A stretch of 60,465 nucleotides of DNA from Methanothrix sp. (GCA_049663825.1 JBATEC010000183.1:1-60465); one strand, 5' to 3'; counted from the stretch's first letter, positions 18,823 through 29,500 are shown. The notes: a model not told the origin generated them from the sequence alone. Translations and numbers: made by a program.

Positions 18823-20136
18823 TTATTCAACTGTGTTCTCCATGATCTTTCCATAAATATAACGGAATATCAGTTTTCCTGTGGCGATTACTGGAGTGGC
18901 CAAGAGCGCCCCCATTATGCCGAATGCCCCGGCACCGGCGACGACGCCGATCAAAACTATTAGGGGTGGAAGATCGACGGCATCACCCATTATTTTTGGC
19001 ACCAGGAATTGATTTTCCAGCATCTGGACAAGCGTGTAAAAGCCGATAACCACCAGCGCAAAACTCAGGTGGCCAATTGCAAGATGTGTTGATCCAAATA
19101 AGAGGGCGACTAAAACCGCCGGAATAGCCGCCAGAACAGGGCCGACATTGGGGATCAACTCCATGAATCCCGCAATGACGCCAAGGAAAAATGCCTGTGG
19201 CAATCCCAGAACAAATCCTCCGAGCCATGTGACCAGGCCTATTATCAGCATGAGATGTATTTGGCCACGCAGAAAACCCGTCCAGGTCAGATGGATATTT
19301 CGCAGGAGCAGGCTCAACTCCGGTCCGTGTCCCGGTGGTATCAATTCCGAAAACCAATTCTTGAACTCACCCGTGGTGAGGGTCATTTGCAGCGCCATCA
19401 GTAGCGTGAACAATACTGAAGCCAGAGCTGAAAAAGTCGGTCCCAAAAATCCTGCCATAGCACCCAGCGCCTTTCCAAGCCGGCTGCTCAAGTCGGAAAC
19501 CGACAAATGCAAGGCCGGAACAGTTGTCGAGGCTGTCGATGTAGAATAATTCAGAGCCGTCAACAAGGAATCGATTGCAGGGCTGAATATGGATGCCAGC
19601 CACTTGTGGCCTTGCAGAGCAGTTGAAATGGATTGGACGAACTGGCTCAATCTCTGCATAACCATATTAGGATCAATTTGCATGGCAAAATTAACCGCAT
19701 CCACAAGCGGCTGGATCAAAAGCAATGGAACCACCAGCAGCATGGCCAGCACGAACAAATACGTAATTACAACTGCCAGATTTTTATTCATCCGGAGACG
19801 CCCAGCCAAAAACCGGATAATTGGATCAACTAATAAGGCCAGCAGTGCGGCAGATACTACCAAAGGAATGGCCGATCGTCCAATATACACGACGAGCAGC
19901 ACTGCCAGGAACAGGATCACCCCCATGATATAACGAGTAGGTTCATTCCAGCGGGTGCTTGCGGGCGTGTTCCCTGGTGCAAGGCCTGGTCGACCGGGAG
20001 ACCGGGACGTCGTTTCCAGGCGGGCTTTTTCGGTCGAAGTTCCTGGATCGGTATTCTTCGTGTCCTGGTCCAAGGCATCATAGGCCGTTAAGCCCACATG
20101 CGGCTGATCTGGGATGGGAAAAAGTTCTTTTCTCAT
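18823..20136 (-). CDS. AI-2E family transporter with an atypical N-terminal leader
   Basis: GFLRGQ, ELIPNVGP, QMLENQFLVPKIMG, GIMGALLATP. Confidence 0.88.
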   Translation of the reverse strand: MRKELFPIPDQPHVGLTAYDALDQDTKNTDPGTSTEKARLETTSRSPGRPGLAPGNTPASTRWNEPTRYIMGVILFLAVLLVVYIGRSAIPLVVSAALLALLVDPIIRFLAGRLRMNKNLAVVITYLFVLAMLLVVPLLLIQPLVDAVNFAMQIDPNMVMQRLSQFVQSISTALQGHKWLASIFSPAIDSLLTALNYSTSTASTTVPALHLSVSDLSSRLGKALGAMAGFLGPTFSALASVLFTLLMALQMTLTTGEFKNWFSELIPPGHGPELSLLLRNIHLTWTGFLRGQIHLMLIIGLVTWLGGFVLGLPQAFFLGVIAGFMELIPNVGPVLAAIPAVLVALLFGSTHLAIGHLSFALVVIGFYTLVQMLENQFLVPKIMGDAVDLPPLIVLIGVVAGAGAFGIMGALLATPVIATGKLIFRYIYGKIMENTVE

Positions 20137-20402
20137 TAATATCTCAGCCTTGTGCGTTGGATTCTATATAAATGGCACGGACTGGTTCAAGTATTATCCA
20201 AAAATGGTTATACTCTCGTCGATTTCATGGTTCTGCAACTTTTGTCCGTGACTTTCAGTTTCACTGAGAAATACTCCGTACCATAGCTATTAAGCCTTAC
20301 ATTATCCACACCATTGCAGCGAGGCGCCTTCCAGGAAATGCTATAGGGAAAAGCTATAATTACCCGAAAACCCCCTCCAGAAACTGAGAGAAGGAGAGAA
20401 TA

Positions 20403-21359
20403 ATGTCGGAGGATCAGAAAGCAGTCTTTAGCCGGGCACCGGAGATCTTTAAAAAGCTCCGGAGCGAGATCGACAAAGTCATAGTCGGCCAGAATGTGGC
20501 CATCGAGCAGCTTTTGGTCGCCATTCTTGCCGGAGGCCATGCCCTCCTGGAGAGCAATCCCGGTCTCGCCAAGACGCTCTTGGTAAAGACCACGGCATCC
20601 TGCCTGGGCCTTGATTACAGCAGGATTCAATGCACTCCGGACCTTATGCCTGCCGACATCACCGGCACAACCATCATCGAAGAGATCGATAAAGGCAAAA
20701 AGTTCCGTTTCGAGGCGGGACCTGTTTTTTCCAATATCGTCCTGGCGGATGAGATCAACAGGGCATCTCCCAAGACCCAGAGCGCTCTTTTGGAGGCCAT
20801 GCAGGAAAAGCAGGTAACTGTAGGAAACAAGACCTATCTTCTGGACAAGCCCTTCTTTATCCTGGCCACGCAAAATCCAATTGAGATGGAGGGCACATTC
20901 CCGCTTCCTGAAGCACAACTGGACCGGTTCTTGCTTAAAATTTTCATGGAATATCCCTCCCGAGAAGAGGAGCTGGAGATCCTGGAGAGATACACCATTC
21001 GCGGCGAGCCCACTGTGGAAACGGTGGTCAGCAAGGATGAAGTGATCGCGCTGCAGAAGCTATGCCGCGATATGCCAGTCTCCGATGATCTGAAGACGGC
21101 GACAGTGAATCTCGTACTGGCCACGCGCAAGTGGGATGGCGTTGCATATGGGGCAAGCCCCAGGGCCACCATCGGTCTCATCCTCTCAGCCAAGGCCAGA
21201 GCCTTCCTGCAGGGCAGAAACTATGTCTCCAAAGAGGATCTGCATGTCATGGCCTATCCTGTCTTAAGGCACAGAATCATCCTGGGCTTTGAGGCGGAGA
21301 GAAAGGGTCTCACACGCGATCAGGTGGTAACGGATATTCTAAAGAGCCAGTCCCTCTAA
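20403..21359 (+). CDS. MoxR-family AAA ATPase
   Basis: GGHALLE..PGLAKT, RIQCTPDLMPAD, DEINRA, ATQNPIE..GTFPLPEAQLDRF. Confidence 0.95.
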   Translation: MSEDQKAVFSRAPEIFKKLRSEIDKVIVGQNVAIEQLLVAILAGGHALLESNPGLAKTLLVKTTASCLGLDYSRIQCTPDLMPADITGTTIIEEIDKGKKFRFEAGPVFSNIVLADEINRASPKTQSALLEAMQEKQVTVGNKTYLLDKPFFILATQNPIEMEGTFPLPEAQLDRFLLKIFMEYPSREEELEILERYTIRGEPTVETVVSKDEVIALQKLCRDMPVSDDLKTATVNLVLATRKWDGVAYGASPRATIGLILSAKARAFLQGRNYVSKEDLHVMAYPVLRHRIILGFEAERKGLTRDQVVTDILKSQSL

Positions 21360-21391
21360 AAATTGAACCTTTAGGTCTTTAAGGACAAATC

Positions 21392-22249
21392 ATGGATACA
21401 GAGTTCTTCAAAGAGCTGGAGCGGTTCTCTCTGCTCGTCAGGATGCGAGTTTCGACCGCCTACAGCGGAGGCAGAAAGTCCCTGCGCTTAGGACACGGCA
21501 TCAGCCCCGTGGGCTATCGGGAGTATCGAAAAGGAGACGACTTCAAGCTGGTGGACTGGAAGGTCTACGGTCGAACTGAGAAGCTCTATATCCGGGAGCA
21601 CGAGGAGGAGAGGAGCCTGGTGGTTCACATCCTCCTGGACGGCAGCGCCAGCATGGGCTATGAGGGGAAATTCGGGTATGCATCGCGCCTGGCAGTCGGC
21701 TTTGCCTATCTCGCCACCCTGGAAAATGAGAAGTATGCCATATCGCTCTTCTGCAAGAAGCTTTACCCCGGCGAGCCCAAGCGAGGAAGAAGAAATCTCT
21801 TTCAATCCATTGAGATGCTGGACGGGATCTCTCCCCGCGGTGGCACGGGCTTGCTTGCCATCGCGGATCAGATGGAATCGCTTCTTAAAACTACAAGCCT
21901 GGTGGTCCTGATCTCCGACCTGCTGGGCGAGACGGACGAGATACTATCCAGCATCTACCGGCTGTCTGGGCATGAGCTGGTGGTGATTCAAGTACTGGCA
22001 CCGGAAGAGACAGAGCTTCGCTTCGGTGGCGATGTGAAGTTCGTGGATCTGGAGAGCGGCCTGCCTCTCATCACCCGCGTGACAGAAGCCGAGCGGCAAG
22101 AGTATCTGAGACGCTTGGCGGAGCATAATGATCGCATCAGAGCGGCATGCAGTCAGGTTGGGGCGGATTACTTCCTCCTGAAAACGGACCGGCCCGTCTT
22201 CGAGGCCTTTTCCGAGATGCTCAGCCGCGCAGTGATCTGGAAGACGTAA
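21392..22249 (+). CDS. DUF58 (vWA-like) protein, MoxR partner
   Basis: YREYRKGDD..VDWK, LDGSASM, LISD. Confidence 0.92.
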   Translation: MDTEFFKELERFSLLVRMRVSTAYSGGRKSLRLGHGISPVGYREYRKGDDFKLVDWKVYGRTEKLYIREHEEERSLVVHILLDGSASMGYEGKFGYASRLAVGFAYLATLENEKYAISLFCKKLYPGEPKRGRRNLFQSIEMLDGISPRGGTGLLAIADQMESLLKTTSLVVLISDLLGETDEILSSIYRLSGHELVVIQVLAPEETELRFGGDVKFVDLESGLPLITRVTEAERQEYLRRLAEHNDRIRAACSQVGADYFLLKTDRPVFEAFSEMLSRAVIWKT

Positions 22250-22252
22250 TTC

Positions 22253-23479
22253 ATGAATCCAAATAATAGCAAAATCAAGCTTGGTTACGGTCAAGGGTGC
22301 CTCGATCTGATGATCGGTGACGGGGCAGAGGTAGTCTTTGCAGAGGAGCTTTCGGCTGCGCCCGCCGGTGAGGTGGAAAGATCGATAGACCATGCCCTGG
22401 GAAAAAGCCTGGATGATTTTGCCGGCTCTAAATCTGCCTGCATTCTGGCGAGCGACATCACCCGGCCGGCTCCCAGCCACCTCATGCTTCCTCCTCTCAT
22501 CCGGAGGCTTAAGGATCTGGGCATTAGCGATCTGAAGATAGTCTTTGCTCTTGGCACGCACCGCAGGATGACATCCGTTGAGGAGCGACTGCTCTTGCGG
22601 GACTGCACCAGCCTTCCCTACATGCAGCATGATCCAAAGAATTGCATATATTTGGGCGAAACACGGCGGGGAACGCCAGTGGAGATACTGGATACCGTCG
22701 CGTCCTCGGATCTGACCGTGGCCACTGGAAATATCGAATATCACTACTATGCCGGCTACAGCGGCGGAGCCAAAGCAGTCCTGCCCGGAGTCAGCTCAGA
22801 GCGTTCTGTAGTCAAGAACCATGAGCTGATGAGAGATCCGAACTCAATTACCGGAAGGCTGGACAGTCCCGTGCGCCTGGACATGGAGGATGCGGCAAAG
22901 ATTGCTGGGCTGGATTTCATTTTGAATGCAGTCTTAAACGGCAAAAAGGAGATTGTGCAGTCGGTTGCAGGCGACTTTATCTCCGCTCACAGCGTGGGGG
23001 CCGCTACTGTGGATCGCATGTACCGACGGCCTGTCCGGCAGGCAGAGATAGTTGTGACCTGTGCCGGAGGCCGGCCCAAAGACCTCAACCTCTTCCAGGC
23101 GCAAAAAGCTCTGGACAATGCCAAAAATGCGGCTCTTCCCGGTGGCAGCATCATCCTGGTGGCGGAGTGCTGCGAGGGGCTGGGCCATCCCGTCTTCGAG
23201 CGCTGGGCAAAGGAAGCGACATCCGCCGAGGATTGCTGGGAGCGCTTTGGCCGGGAGTACGAGTTTGGCGGGCACAAGGCCGCCTTCCTGGCCAAGGAGT
23301 CCATGCAGCATCATCTGATCCTGGTCTCGGCCCTGCCGACGGATAAGGCGGAGATGTGCTTCTTTACACCGGCGGCAACCCTTGAGCAGGCTCTAGAGCT
23401 GGCCAGGGAACGGCAGGGAATGGATGCGCGCATGTTGGTCATGCCGCACGGCAATCTGACGCTGGCTGTGGCGAAATGA
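22253..23479 (+). CDS. Nickel-dependent lactate racemase (LarA) family protein
   Basis: SDITRP, ALGTHR, HYYAGYSGGAK, DLNLFQAQKA, GGHKA. Confidence 0.9.
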   Translation: MNPNNSKIKLGYGQGCLDLMIGDGAEVVFAEELSAAPAGEVERSIDHALGKSLDDFAGSKSACILASDITRPAPSHLMLPPLIRRLKDLGISDLKIVFALGTHRRMTSVEERLLLRDCTSLPYMQHDPKNCIYLGETRRGTPVEILDTVASSDLTVATGNIEYHYYAGYSGGAKAVLPGVSSERSVVKNHELMRDPNSITGRLDSPVRLDMEDAAKIAGLDFILNAVLNGKKEIVQSVAGDFISAHSVGAATVDRMYRRPVRQAEIVVTCAGGRPKDLNLFQAQKALDNAKNAALPGGSIILVAECCEGLGHPVFERWAKEATSAEDCWERFGREYEFGGHKAAFLAKESMQHHLILVSALPTDKAEMCFFTPAATLEQALELARERQGMDARMLVMPHGNLTLAVAK

Positions 23480-24024
23480 TGTCCGATAAACTATTTCCCA
23501 TCGTAAATCCTGGCAGAAAGGGAATGTGGCCTGAGGAACAGACTCGCAGTCGGCTAATGGATGGAATGGGCACGGCATTCTTCAAAGATCCTGTAGTGGT
23601 AAGGAGATTTCTACCGGACGACCTGGAGGCGGCTTTAGAGATAGACAGGGAGGTCTTCGGCGGGTACGATCCAGCCATCTTCACGGCCTTTTATGAATAC
23701 CACGGGGGCAGTACCCTTGTTGCAGAGGTAAGTGGAATTGTGGCTGGTTTCGTCCTGGGATTCAAGCATACTCCGTTCGAAGGCAGGGTCTTCTGGCTGG
23801 CCGTAAGGCCGGGCTTTCAGAGCCGCAGCATAGGCATGAGGCTTATGCTGGAGGTTTTACAGACCTTTCGGCAGATGGGTGCCCTCAGCGTCACCCTTGA
23901 GGTGAGAGTGAGCAATAAAAAGGCCCAGTCGCTCTATTCCATGCTGGGCTTTCGTATGATCGGCATCTGCCCTGCTTACTATAGCGATGGAGAGGCGGCC
24001 ATCATCATGAAGATGCGGCTGTAA
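23476..24024 (+). CDS. RimI/Ard1-type GNAT N-acetyltransferase
   Basis: LAVRP.FQ..IG, LEVRVSN..AQ.LY..LGF, YYSDGE. Confidence 0.88.
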   Translation: MMSDKLFPIVNPGRKGMWPEEQTRSRLMDGMGTAFFKDPVVVRRFLPDDLEAALEIDREVFGGYDPAIFTAFYEYHGGSTLVAEVSGIVAGFVLGFKHTPFEGRVFWLAVRPGFQSRSIGMRLMLEVLQTFRQMGALSVTLEVRVSNKKAQSLYSMLGFRMIGICPAYYSDGEAAIIMKMRL

Positions 24025-24034
24025 GCTATTCTTA

Positions 24035-24700
24035 TCATTCGACGCCGCGTGCTGTGAGGCGGAAATCGGCTGCAGCTCCCTCTGGGGAAGAGCGGTGCTT
24101 CATGAGCCGGGCGCGGCGCAAACCCTCTCCTTTCTTCTCCAAAAGGATGATCGCTTTGCACATATGATCGAGACTTGTGCCGCCTATTGGCCGCAGCGAG
24201 TTGTTCTCAATGTCCATATAGACCTGATTGGTTATAACTATGGGAATCCTGTGTCTGCGGGCTATCTCCTGCAGCTCCGAGAGCTGGACTGTTAAAGTTC
24301 TGCGAATGGAACGGTTATCCTCTGCCTCCAGGAGTACACGGTAGAGGGATGTTGCCGAATCGAGAATAATCAGGCCTAAATCCCGTCCGGCGATCTTGGC
24401 GGCCTCGCGAATGGCTATTGCCTGCTGCTCCAGGCTCATGGGCTCAAAGATCATTATCTTCGCGGCCATCTCTTCTGCGCCGGGGCCGGCAATCTGTTTG
24501 AACCTCTCTGCGGAAAAGCCCTCCGTATCTATGAATATGACGCGTAGATCACGGGCTACCGCCTGCACCGCCAGCTGCATGACAATGTTGCTTTTTCCCG
24601 TGCCTGCCTCCCCGTAAAGCTGGGTTATTATGCCTGATTCAAATCCCCCGCTTAGGAGAAGATCCAGGCTCTGGCAGCCGGAAGGCAAACGATCAAGCAT
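24035..24700 (-). CDS. radB: DNA repair and recombination protein RadB
   Basis: GEAGTGKS, FIDTEGFS.ER, ILDS, TNQV, KHR motif. Confidence 0.93.
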   Translation of the reverse strand: MLDRLPSGCQSLDLLLSGGFESGIITQLYGEAGTGKSNIVMQLAVQAVARDLRVIFIDTEGFSAERFKQIAGPGAEEMAAKIMIFEPMSLEQQAIAIREAAKIAGRDLGLIILDSATSLYRVLLEAEDNRSIRRTLTVQLSELQEIARRHRIPIVITNQVYMDIENNSLRPIGGTSLDHMCKAIILLEKKGEGLRRARLMKHRSSPEGAAADFRLTARGVE

Positions 24701-24715
24701 GAGCGATCACAGTTA

Positions 24716-25309
24716 CTATCTCACATGAGTATATTTATCGATCCTATCCATGAGCCGGTCCATGGCCTCTCGCTCCCTGGGACCGCCGCAACGGTTTATG
24801 ATTCGTTGCATCTTCATCAGCTCATCGAAATACGATTCCGATCGAAGAGCCAGATACCTGGTGGCGGCAACTGCCGCTTCGATTACAAGATTTGCACCCC
24901 GGTTGCAGGCGCGAAAGTCCTTTCGCAAAACCTCGCCTTTAACCAGCTCCACCTTGGCGATGATGATATCCGTGGCAAAGGCCTCGCATTTAAAGAGCCC
25001 CCAGGCCTCAGCATCTTTTAGCACAGGCAAATCATCCCGGCGCGTGAAATATTCCGCTTCAAGGTCTTCTATTGCCGTCTCCGCAAAGAGCCAGGCGTCA
25101 TGGCTGATATTGGCCACAAACCACCCTTTGGTAACTATGTTTTCGTAGGTATGAGTTCCTAAAAAGAGACGCACATAAAGGCTTTCTCCATCTCGGATTA
25201 TGCCCAGGGGCGCGGCATTGATCCTGCCAGAAATCTCCGTAGTTGCGATTACCTCGTTTATGCCGTCCAGTATCCCCAGTTCATCTAAAGCGTCATTTCC
25301 ATAAAGCAT
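24716..25309 (-). CDS. DUF447-family protein
   Basis: INEVIATT, NAAPLGI, NRG..LVIEAAV.ATR. Confidence 0.85.
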   Translation of the reverse strand: MLYGNDALDELGILDGINEVIATTEISGRINAAPLGIIRDGESLYVRLFLGTHTYENIVTKGWFVANISHDAWLFAETAIEDLEAEYFTRRDDLPVLKDAEAWGLFKCEAFATDIIIAKVELVKGEVLRKDFRACNRGANLVIEAAVAATRYLALRSESYFDELMKMQRIINRCGGPREREAMDRLMDRIDKYTHVR

Positions 25310-25311
25310 TA

Positions 25312-26154
25312 TTAAAACCTCAAACCCCTCAGAAGGGAGATAAATAAAGATGCCGCAATCAGGTCCGCTGTGGACCCGGGATTTATGTCCTGTGCCAGAA
25401 GATCACGGTCCAGCTCATGAGCCTTGCCAAGGGTGTCATCCAGGAGCGCCTCGCCCGCCCGCCGCGAGACCTGACATGCCACCTCTTCTCCAAACTTGGC
25501 GCAAATCAGGCTGTCTGGCACCTCTGCCAGCGCCTCCAGGAAGGTTCTGACCACGCCGTCATTCAGTCCAAGTCTATCGATTTTCTCGGTCATTCTATCA
25601 GCGAGCAGAAATGAGCGCTCATAATTAGTAGACCATTCGCGAGCAACTATATCGTGCTTAGAGGAGAGCCTCATCAGCTCCAACAGAGTCTTGCCGCTGT
25701 CCTGAACGGTTCTTTGCCAGTTCTTGTCATTCAAGCTGAAACTGTCCACCTCGGCAACTCTGGCTTTGGCCTTCTCGAAGGCGCTGTAAAAGTCGATGGC
25801 GTCGGTTACGGTAGTCATCTCCAGGACATCTTCTAGCTCTGCCTTCAATTCGCCGGGCTTATCGGCAGCGATAGCTATGGGAATCATGAGGACCAGAGAT
25901 CCAAAGTGAGTGTTGCTGCTCAAATTCCAGGTCTGCCAGGCCTCCACACCCTCCAGAATAAGCGAGCCTACGCCCACCCTGCTCTGGGCAGCTTTGAGAA
26001 ATGTGGGGTAAGATGAGAGCGCGCTGGTCAGGAAATGGTGAAAGCCGATATCGGAAAAGTCGTGGCAGCGATCCACATTGCCGGGCTTGGGACTGGAGGA
26101 AAGCTCAAATAGCATAGCCAGCACTGCGCATTGGGCCACGCGTTCGGGACTCAT
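25312..26154 (-). CDS. CitG-like triphosphoribosyl-dephospho-CoA synthase family protein
   Basis: PKPGNVDR.HD, NTHFG, INPGSTADL. Confidence 0.88.
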   Translation of the reverse strand: MSPERVAQCAVLAMLFELSSSPKPGNVDRCHDFSDIGFHHFLTSALSSYPTFLKAAQSRVGVGSLILEGVEAWQTWNLSSNTHFGSLVLMIPIAIAADKPGELKAELEDVLEMTTVTDAIDFYSAFEKAKARVAEVDSFSLNDKNWQRTVQDSGKTLLELMRLSSKHDIVAREWSTNYERSFLLADRMTEKIDRLGLNDGVVRTFLEALAEVPDSLICAKFGEEVACQVSRRAGEALLDDTLGKAHELDRDLLAQDINPGSTADLIAASLFISLLRGLRF

Positions 26155-26160
26155 GACGGA

Positions 26161-27141
26161 TCAGGGGGATTTGGAAAGAAGCGCTTCTGCCAGCTTCTTT
26201 TTCAGCTCCATATATTCCTTTCCCGAAAGCCCGATTCTGGCTAATGCCGCATCTCGCAGATAGCACAGCTTGGTCTTTTTGCAGCACCAAACAAGACTTC
26301 CAAAGCAGGTTCCATCACCCTTCTCCAGCGGGGTGCCCTTTGCAAAGGAGAGCTTCTTTTGCACAAATTCGTCCGGTGTCATGCCTGCCTTTTTAAGAGC
26401 GCCGTGGACCGGGCAGTTCTTGACGGGAGGACAGCAGAAGGCCAGGCCGCGCAGGTCTCCGCCCGCGCAGATGTGCTTGGGTGCATTGCACCAGCCGCTC
26501 AAAGAGTCATACTCCAGCATGGCTCCTGAGAGCCACTGTGCAAACTCGGGGTCCGCTCCTCGTAAAGATATAACGTCCGCACCCATGGACAGCAGATTCC
26601 TGGCATCTTCAAACTCGCCAATATCTGCCAGGGCCATTATTACCGGACCTCGGCAGTCTTTCGCCTTCTTGACTATTTTTGGTCCGGCTCCGTTCAGGCC
26701 GCGCAGGTCGAGGTGGATTATATCCAACTCGCTCTCATTGAGCTTTTCTAAAAGAACATTGGATAGGTCTTCCGGCCTTATCCTCAGGGAGAGGGTGACG
26801 CCGCAGCGCTTTAGGCGTGGAATGAGTTCCAGAAGGCGGATCGGGTCGCGAATCTTGGAAAGCCGGAGGTCGAGCAGGCAGAGATTTTTGCTTGTGAGCC
26901 GGGCTGCCTCCAGGAGGGGCTCATCCTGGGAACAGGTGGCAGACAGTCCGAAGGCTCCTGTTCCTTTTCCGGCTTTCAGGCGGATTGTTTCTAAACTGGC
27001 CTGCATCTCATCGAGAGGGACCTCATCCAGATCGAAGTCGTCCAGCAAGAGCAAGCCTGCTGAATTGTTAAAGTCTGGCTTGTTATGTGAAGAAATAACG
27101 GCAATGGGATTATCGATATGCAGATATCCTACTTCAAGCAT
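26161..27141 (-). CDS. Methanogenesis marker 9 domain protein
   Basis: C-terminal APKHIC.GGDLRGLAFCCPPVK.CP, TCFGSLVWCC..K.C.LRD. Confidence 0.85.
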   Translation of the reverse strand: MLEVGYLHIDNPIAVISSHNKPDFNNSAGLLLLDDFDLDEVPLDEMQASLETIRLKAGKGTGAFGLSATCSQDEPLLEAARLTSKNLCLLDLRLSKIRDPIRLLELIPRLKRCGVTLSLRIRPEDLSNVLLEKLNESELDIIHLDLRGLNGAGPKIVKKAKDCRGPVIMALADIGEFEDARNLLSMGADVISLRGADPEFAQWLSGAMLEYDSLSGWCNAPKHICAGGDLRGLAFCCPPVKNCPVHGALKKAGMTPDEFVQKKLSFAKGTPLEKGDGTCFGSLVWCCKKTKLCYLRDAALARIGLSGKEYMELKKKLAEALLSKSP

Positions 27142-27289
27142 CGATGGGTAATGTCGTCCCTGAAGATATCAGCCTTTCGCTGCTAATATTTCAAATTATA
27201 TTTTATTTATTATGTTAACCATTGCCTCGTAGCCCTATCCTCTGCCATTCTTTATATCCAAGAAAATCCTAAGGCTTTACGATGATATC

Positions 27290-27673
27290 ATGGTGACCTT
27301 CAAAGTAGATGCAGACGTGAAAGGAACGGGAAAGGATGGGGCCTTGAGCGTGCAGGTCTCCGGGGAAGACGGCAGTCCAATATCGGCACGGATATCCGGT
27401 GATTCCAAGAGTCCCATCGCCTTGGGGCCCATAGAGGTTGCACCCATCACCATAGTTCCGAATTTAGACTCGATAGCAAAGACCATTGATTTAGGCGCTC
27501 TTATCCGCGCTTTCACAAAATTGTCTCAGGGTATCAAGGTGGAGGTCGCCAATTCTGGTGCACCCCTTTCCATAGCAATCGGGAAGATCCCCGTGGATTT
27601 GACCATCTCCGTTTCTTCTCCTGCCTCGGAGACGGTCTTCAAGGTGGAGATCAAAGGGACTGTAGGCCTATGA
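27290..27673 (+). CDS. Hypothetical beta-rich protein
   Basis: 127-aa ORF downstream of an AT-rich promoter region. Confidence 0.65.
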   Translation: MVTFKVDADVKGTGKDGALSVQVSGEDGSPISARISGDSKSPIALGPIEVAPITIVPNLDSIAKTIDLGALIRAFTKLSQGIKVEVANSGAPLSIAIGKIPVDLTISVSSPASETVFKVEIKGTVGL

Positions 27674-27683
27674 GGGATTCTTT

Positions 27684-28145
27684 ATTCTTCCGGACTGGCT
27701 GATAACTCTGGTGGCGGCTGCTCTTCCCGTCTCCGAGGTTCGAGGTGCCATACCTCTGGCCATAGGCGTCTACGGATACGCGCCCTGGCAGGCCTATCTC
27801 TTATCCGTTTTTGGAAACATCTTGCCCATAATTCCTCTGCTGCTCTTTCTGGGGCCGGTCTCAGATTACCTGAGGCGTTTTAGCTGGGGTGACCGGTTCT
27901 TTTCCTGGCTTTTTGCCCGTACCCGCAGAAAGTACATTCAGGAGCATGAGAATTTTGGGCTGACAGCCCTGGCCATCTTCGTGGCCATACCTTTGCCCAT
28001 GACCGGGGCCTGGACGGGCTGTGCTGTTGCCTTCTTGCTGGGATTTCGTTTCTGGCCGGCGTTCGCGGCCATCGCGGCAGGCGTTCTCCTCGCCGGAGTC
28101 ATAGTCACGGCCACTGTGGTAGGCGTGCAGTTCCTGATATTCTGA
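27684..28145 (+). CDS. COG2426 small multidrug export-family membrane protein (probable ATT start)
   Basis: LPVSEVRGAIP, FVAIPLPMTGAWTG; GAGGGA SD 6 nt before ATT. Confidence 0.85.
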   Translation: MLPDWLITLVAAALPVSEVRGAIPLAIGVYGYAPWQAYLLSVFGNILPIIPLLLFLGPVSDYLRRFSWGDRFFSWLFARTRRKYIQEHENFGLTALAIFVAIPLPMTGAWTGCAVAFLLGFRFWPAFAAIAAGVLLAGVIVTATVVGVQFLIF

Positions 28146-28343
28146 GGTGGCTCGTTGGCATATTCTTGATGGAATGGGAATTTGCACGGCTCGCCGATCA
28201 GTCAAAAAATATGCAATTCATTATTAAATCATCGGAAATCCAATAAAGCATTAAGCATAGCTTATCTAGTATACACTACCAAAAAATATAAATATTATAG
28301 ATGCAAACATTAGCCTATATTAAAGGATGTATGGGGTGAGATA

Positions 28344-28772
28344 ATCAAAAAAATAGGCGTTATGTTGGTGTTGGCTATGGCCATGCTATCGTTTCCTGCA
28401 CTGTCGCAGGGCTTAGCAGGCGATGGCGGTGTGGATATCCTTGGAAATAATGGTGGGATATTTGAGACGGAAGGGTCTGCCTTCAGGTTCCCGGAAATGC
28501 AGGATACAAACCTCGATAGTCTGACTGTTGGGAATGATAAGGCTCTGGCCATTGGGAATATCTGGCAAAAGAGGTCCATCGCCACTGCTACCAATGACCT
28601 GGTGATCAAGAAGAATCAGGATTCCGGGAATTGCAGTCCCTGCGTAGGCTTGTGCCAGGATTCATGCACCAAAGTCAACATAGAAACGATTAAGGTAGGA
28701 AACAGGAAGGCCATGGCTTTCGGACCGGCTTCTGCCGCTAACTACATCAAGATAGTAACTAATCAGCAGTAG
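28344..28772 (+). CDS. Secreted hypothetical protein (probable ATC/ATA start)
   Basis: KKIGVMLVLAMAMLSFPALS signal peptide; internal repeat N.D.L.VGN.KA.A.G....A.A.N...I..NQ. Confidence 0.7.
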   Translation: MKKIGVMLVLAMAMLSFPALSQGLAGDGGVDILGNNGGIFETEGSAFRFPEMQDTNLDSLTVGNDKALAIGNIWQKRSIATATNDLVIKKNQDSGNCSPCVGLCQDSCTKVNIETIKVGNRKAMAFGPASAANYIKIVTNQQ

Positions 28773-28875
28773 CTTTGTGCATATTTGTCTGATGTGGTTT
28801 GAAATTGTACAATATAGAAACCCACTAACTGGGTGTTGGTGGTGTCTCTCTTATTTTATTATCTCTTATGCAAAT

Positions 28876-29175
28876 CTATATGCGAAACCCAAGCTTCTCG
28901 ATTTCCCGGTTGATTCGCATCTCTTCCTCGGTTAGATCCGGCTGTGCCAGCGCTTCCACGGCCTTCCGGATGGCAACGCCCACTAATATGCCCTTCAGAA
29001 AGGCACGTCGATCTTCTTCTTCGATGGTGTTGATGACACGGTTCATGTACCGCTCAATGGTTGTGCCGGGATTTGCCCTGAAGGAATCGAGTTCGTCTGA
29101 AACGGCGTTCAGCTCTTCCTCATCAAAACCGAAGCTTTTCAAGAATGCAGATAGATCATCGTCTTCGCCGCTCAT
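28876..29175 (-). CDS. Hypothetical acidic protein
   Basis: 99-aa ORF with protein-like composition. Confidence 0.65.
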   Translation of the reverse strand: MSGEDDDLSAFLKSFGFDEEELNAVSDELDSFRANPGTTIERYMNRVINTIEEEDRRAFLKGILVGVAIRKAVEALAQPDLTEEEMRINREIEKLGFRI

Positions 29176-29242
29176 GGATAAAACGTAATGCGCTTAAAGT
29201 AGTTCTTCTTTTCGAATTTCAAGATCATTGGATAAGAAGACT

Positions 29243-29314
29243 TGCGGCTGCCGGGATTCGAACCCGGGTTACAGGCTTGGGAAGCCTATGTCATAACCGC
29301 TGGACCACAGCCGC
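29243..29314 (-). tRNA. tRNA-Gly(CCC)
   Basis: GCGGCTG acceptor stem, anticodon arm TAGGC-TTCCCAA-GCCTG, GGTTCGAATCC T-arm; CCA not encoded. Confidence 0.97.
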
Positions 29315-29500
29315 TCCAGACTTTGATATTTTGATGTGCCTTCAGTCATCTCTGCTTCCAATATTTAAAGGTTACAGCTTGCGTTTTATGGCTGGTTTGA
29401 TAACCGGTTTTTCGTCCCTTTTTTTAGCTTGATTCGTTACAGTGTTCAAAGTACAAATTCTGCTTCTAGTATTTAAAGGTTTGAGATACAAAACGAGAAG

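Noticed and set aside
29243..29314. tRNA-Gly as an att site of an integrated element
   Set aside because: No duplicated tRNA end or integrase found in the window
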